Part shown: piece after piece, positions 34,679 to 37,863 of the stretch
Layout of the letters: every line of letters begins with the position of its first letter
Numbering within the stretch: the first letter of the stretch is position 1
Source: Octopus bimaculoides
Taxonomy: Eukaryota
Direction of reading: 5' to 3'
Length of the DNA: 37,863 nucleotides
NCBI RefSeq assembly: GCF_001194135.2
Contig: NC_069001.1
Coordinates: 36,345,033 to 36,382,895 of the forward strand
Program-made: the position numbers and the translations under genes
Notes under the pieces: generated by a model
Database searches by the model: none
What the model was told of the DNA's origin: nothing
Seen by the model: only the letters and a program-made list of their open reading frames with translations

Positions 34679-34893
34679 AAGGTGGTGAGCTGGCAGAAAC
34701 GTTAGCACACCGAGTAAAATGCTTAACGGTATTTCGTGTCTTTACGTTGTAAGTTCAAATTCTCCCAAGGTTCAGTTTTGCCTTTCATCCTTTTGGGGTC
34801 AATAAATTAAGTACCAGTTGAACACTGGGGTCGATGTAATTGACTAGTCCCCTCCCCCAAATTTGTGTCCTTGTGCTTCCAGTAAAAAGGATT
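34679..34893 (+). mobile_element. SINE family A, full length
   Basis: AAGGTGGTGAGCTGGCAGAAACGTTAGCAC...TTTGCCTTTCATCC...(ATT)n. Confidence 0.9.
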
Positions 34894-35054
34894 GTTATTA
34901 TTATTATTAGTAGTAGTATTACTATTATTATTATTATTATCATGGTGGCAATTACTGGGGCCAGTGTGATCAACTTATCTCCACCACTGAATTTGCTGGC
35001 TTTGTGCCAAAATTTAAGATTAAAATTATTATTATTATTGTTGTTATTATTATT

Positions 35055-35260
35055 ATGAGCTGACAGAATCATTAGCACACTGGACGAAATGCTTAGCGGT
35101 ATTTCGCCTGTTGCTACATTAAGAGTTCAAATTCTGCCGAGGTCAACTTTGCCTTTCAAGCTTTCAGGGTCAATAAAATAGATTCCAGTTGAACACTGGG
35201 GTCTATGTAATCAACTTGACCCTTCCATAAACTTTCAGACCCTGCACCTATAGCAGAGAG
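35055..35260 (+). mobile_element. SINE family A
   Basis: TGAGCTGACAGAATC...GAGTTCAAATTCTGCCGAGGTCAACTTTGCCTTTC; a further 3' fragment lies at ~34955-35025. Confidence 0.85.
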
Positions 35261-35281
35261 CACTATCATTATTATTATTAT

Positions 35282-35792
35282 TGAATGAGAGAGCAGTGTG
35301 TGCCATCAAAGTGACACTGGGGTACAAACATACAAAGCCCAGTATACCCATCATGACTACCCGTCTGATAAGGGTACACCAGGCACCTGCATCACAACTC
35401 TATGTGCGTGACACAGTGATCTCATATCAAGATAAACAGTGCACGACCTCGCAGGTAGGGCCCTGGTTAGAATTTCCTTCAGCTCGAGTAATCCATCCCT
35501 CTCAAAACGTCCCTGAATGAGGGTTGTTTAAGGATGTTGAATGAAACACCCATGTTTCCAGAGGTGTATAATTCAAATGCCAAAGAATTCCTCTCAACAC
35601 ATGGCTATGATGCTTCCCCACTACTTCCGCTTGTGATCAGAGATGCACTAAGGGACATGCCCAACTGGTTTAGGTCCAACAACTGACAAGCAAATCTGTG
35701 GTATTGAGCAGAATATTTGCTGTAGCTTATCCTTTATACCAAGACAAAACAATGTACATGATAACACTTCCAATCAGTTAAGATCAGAAGCC
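35282..35792 (-). mobile_element. ~550-bp retroposon, copy 2
   Basis: Colinear with 17441-17984. Confidence 0.85.
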
Positions 35793-36010
35793 AGCTTCAT
35801 ACAATCACTGCTCCAGCTGAACGCAATTCTGTGTTCCTCGTCTACATGTGGTGTTTGTTTTGTTTGGTGTTTTCCTGTTTTTTCTTTTTGTACATTTTTT
35901 ATTCATCACATTTTTTTGCAGTCATGTTAAAAATATTCTGCTCTATGTGCATGCCATGGTTTTTTGTACCATTTCTAATATGTTGTGTTTACATCCAGGA
36001 GGCTTTGGTT

Positions 36011-36043
<33 letters not shown>

Positions 36044-37253
36044 TGTCTGTCTACATCTGTCTTTATCATACCCTTGCCACCAGTTATGATTATGAGGAAA
36101 GGGTTGGTCTTGTTTTTAATCTGCATAATTTGGCTATCTTGGTTTCCAGATCTATATATTTACATAGGGTAGATTTTTTCTGGTTCTTTCATATGTATTC
36201 AAACATCTGTGTAAGTATGTGTGTGTGTTTACTGGAATTACTATATTGATTAGCAAACATTTCTTTTCCTGATGGTCTTTGATAATAATATCTGGTCAAT
36301 TTTCTCTAATCTTCCAGTCTGTAAGAATTGGCATGCATTCCACACTACTGGCATAATTTCCATTGTATATACAAATTTCAACTCCATCATGCCTTTGTCA
36401 AGATGAATACTGCTGTTTTATAAATTTCAGTAGTATAACCCTGCTGAATAAGATACACAATGATGCGTGTGTGTGTATTTTATTACCATACCAAACCCTA
36501 AATGATCATATTCCAACCGGACACAGTGCTATATTTAGCTGTTGCATGTAAAAACAGTCTCTTCATACTCTGTGTTATGCGGAGTTTCTTTTCTTCTCTT
36601 TTATTTTTTTTTTCTGGTCTAAGTCAGAAGTTTAAAAATTTTTAATGAATTACTTAAATGAAAATTTCTTTTTAAAGTGTAAAATGGAAACTTTTTTACT
36701 TTCCTTTTCATTGCATTTACGAAAGCTAAGANNNNNNNNNNNNNNNNNNNNNNNNNNNNNNNNNNNNNNNNNNNNNNNNNNNNNNNNNNNNNNNNNNNNN
36801 NNNNNNNNNNNNNNNNNNNNNNNNNNNNNNNNNNNNNNNNNNNNNNNNNNNNNNNNNNNNNTATATATATATACACACACACACAAACGTATATATATAC
36901 AACTGTACAGATAGTTAACCATTTAAGTATTAACACATTTTTTAATACACTTTTGCTTATCTCAATATATTTTCTTGACACTTTCAGCTTCTTTGCTTAA
37001 AAAATTTGTTTTTCTATGACAATTTTTTGTTCTTTTATTTAAATTTCGGAAAAAAAAAAGAAAAAAAAAATTCATTTTTTTTTCATACTTTATTTTTTTT
37101 TTTTTTTTCCACCTTGCTAATCTTGAAAAATATTCACAAATTTTTCATTAGTCAGTCCTCAAAATATATTTTTACCTTCAACTATATGTAGCCATGACAA
37201 CCAATATGTTTCTACTGGCTCATTCTTGCTTCTATGCTTCATTTTAATATTCC

Positions 37254-37472
37254 TTTCAAATTTTGGCACAAGGCCAGCAATTTCACGGTGGGAGGTGTAA
37301 GCCAATTACATTGATCCCCACTGTTTAACTGGTACTTATTTTATTGACCCCCAAAGGGACAAAAGGCAAAGTCAACCCCCAACGCCTTTCAAACACAGAA
37401 TGTAAAGTCAGAAGAAATGCCAACTTGGCATTTTTCTGGGAATGGTAACGGATTCGGCCAGCTCTCCGCCTC
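37254..37472 (-). mobile_element. SINE family A
   Basis: TTTCAAATTTTGGCACAAGGCC...AAAGGCAAAGTCAACC...GATTCGGCCAGCTC. Confidence 0.85.
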
Positions 37473-37488
37473 ATCCTTGATTCTAATT

Positions 37489-37692
37489 TGGTTTCAAATT
37501 TTGGCACAAGGCCAGCAAGTTCATCTGGGTGGGGATATGTCGATAGCATCGACCCCAGTGATCAACTTGTTCTTATTTTATCGGCCCCGAAAGGAAGAAA
37601 GAAGGGCAAAGTCAGCCTCAGTGGTATTTGAACTCAGAATGTAAGACAGACAGAATGCCACTAAGCATTTTTCCCCTAACGACTCTGCCAGT
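37489..37692 (-). mobile_element. SINE family A, tandem neighbour of the previous copy
   Basis: TGGTTTCAAATTTTGGCACAAGGCC...TTTGAACTCAGAA...CTAACGACTCTGCCAG. Confidence 0.85.
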
Positions 37693-37863
37693 GCACTGCC
37701 TTATACTTAACTTTGATATTGCTGAAATACGTAAGGCTGACAGAATTGTTAGCAAAATTATCATTTTTATCAATTTGTGTTACGAGATTCTTGATGTGAA
37801 ACCGTGTGTTGAAACAAATATTGTTGTATTTTGAAACGGTCATTTTTTTTTTTTTTTTTTTTT

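Overview
AT-rich, gappy eukaryotic genomic DNA that looks intronic or intergenic. The repeat families point to an octopus (coleoid cephalopod) genome; this is an inference from recalled SINE and transposon motifs. No protein-coding gene can be called with confidence, and the listed ORFs are mostly microsatellite or N-gap read-throughs. The window holds about 30 copies or fragments of three SINE-like families (labelled A, B, C here), two near-full copies of a ~550-bp retroposon, four Tc1/mariner relics, a probable non-autonomous Helitron, a probable LINE 3' relic, and many micro- and minisatellites. The most interesting signals are: (1) a near-canonical type I hammerhead ribozyme on the minus strand (10382-10450), with a second variant hammerhead on the plus strand ~140 nt away; (2) a 556-bp palindromic mariner derivative built from two transposase 3' ends around a filler matching sequence 1.3 kb away; (3) a 27-bp minisatellite apparently derived from a SINE core. 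A few low-confidence exon candidates are also reported. Coordinates were read by eye, and repeat edges are approximate (about +/-10 nt).
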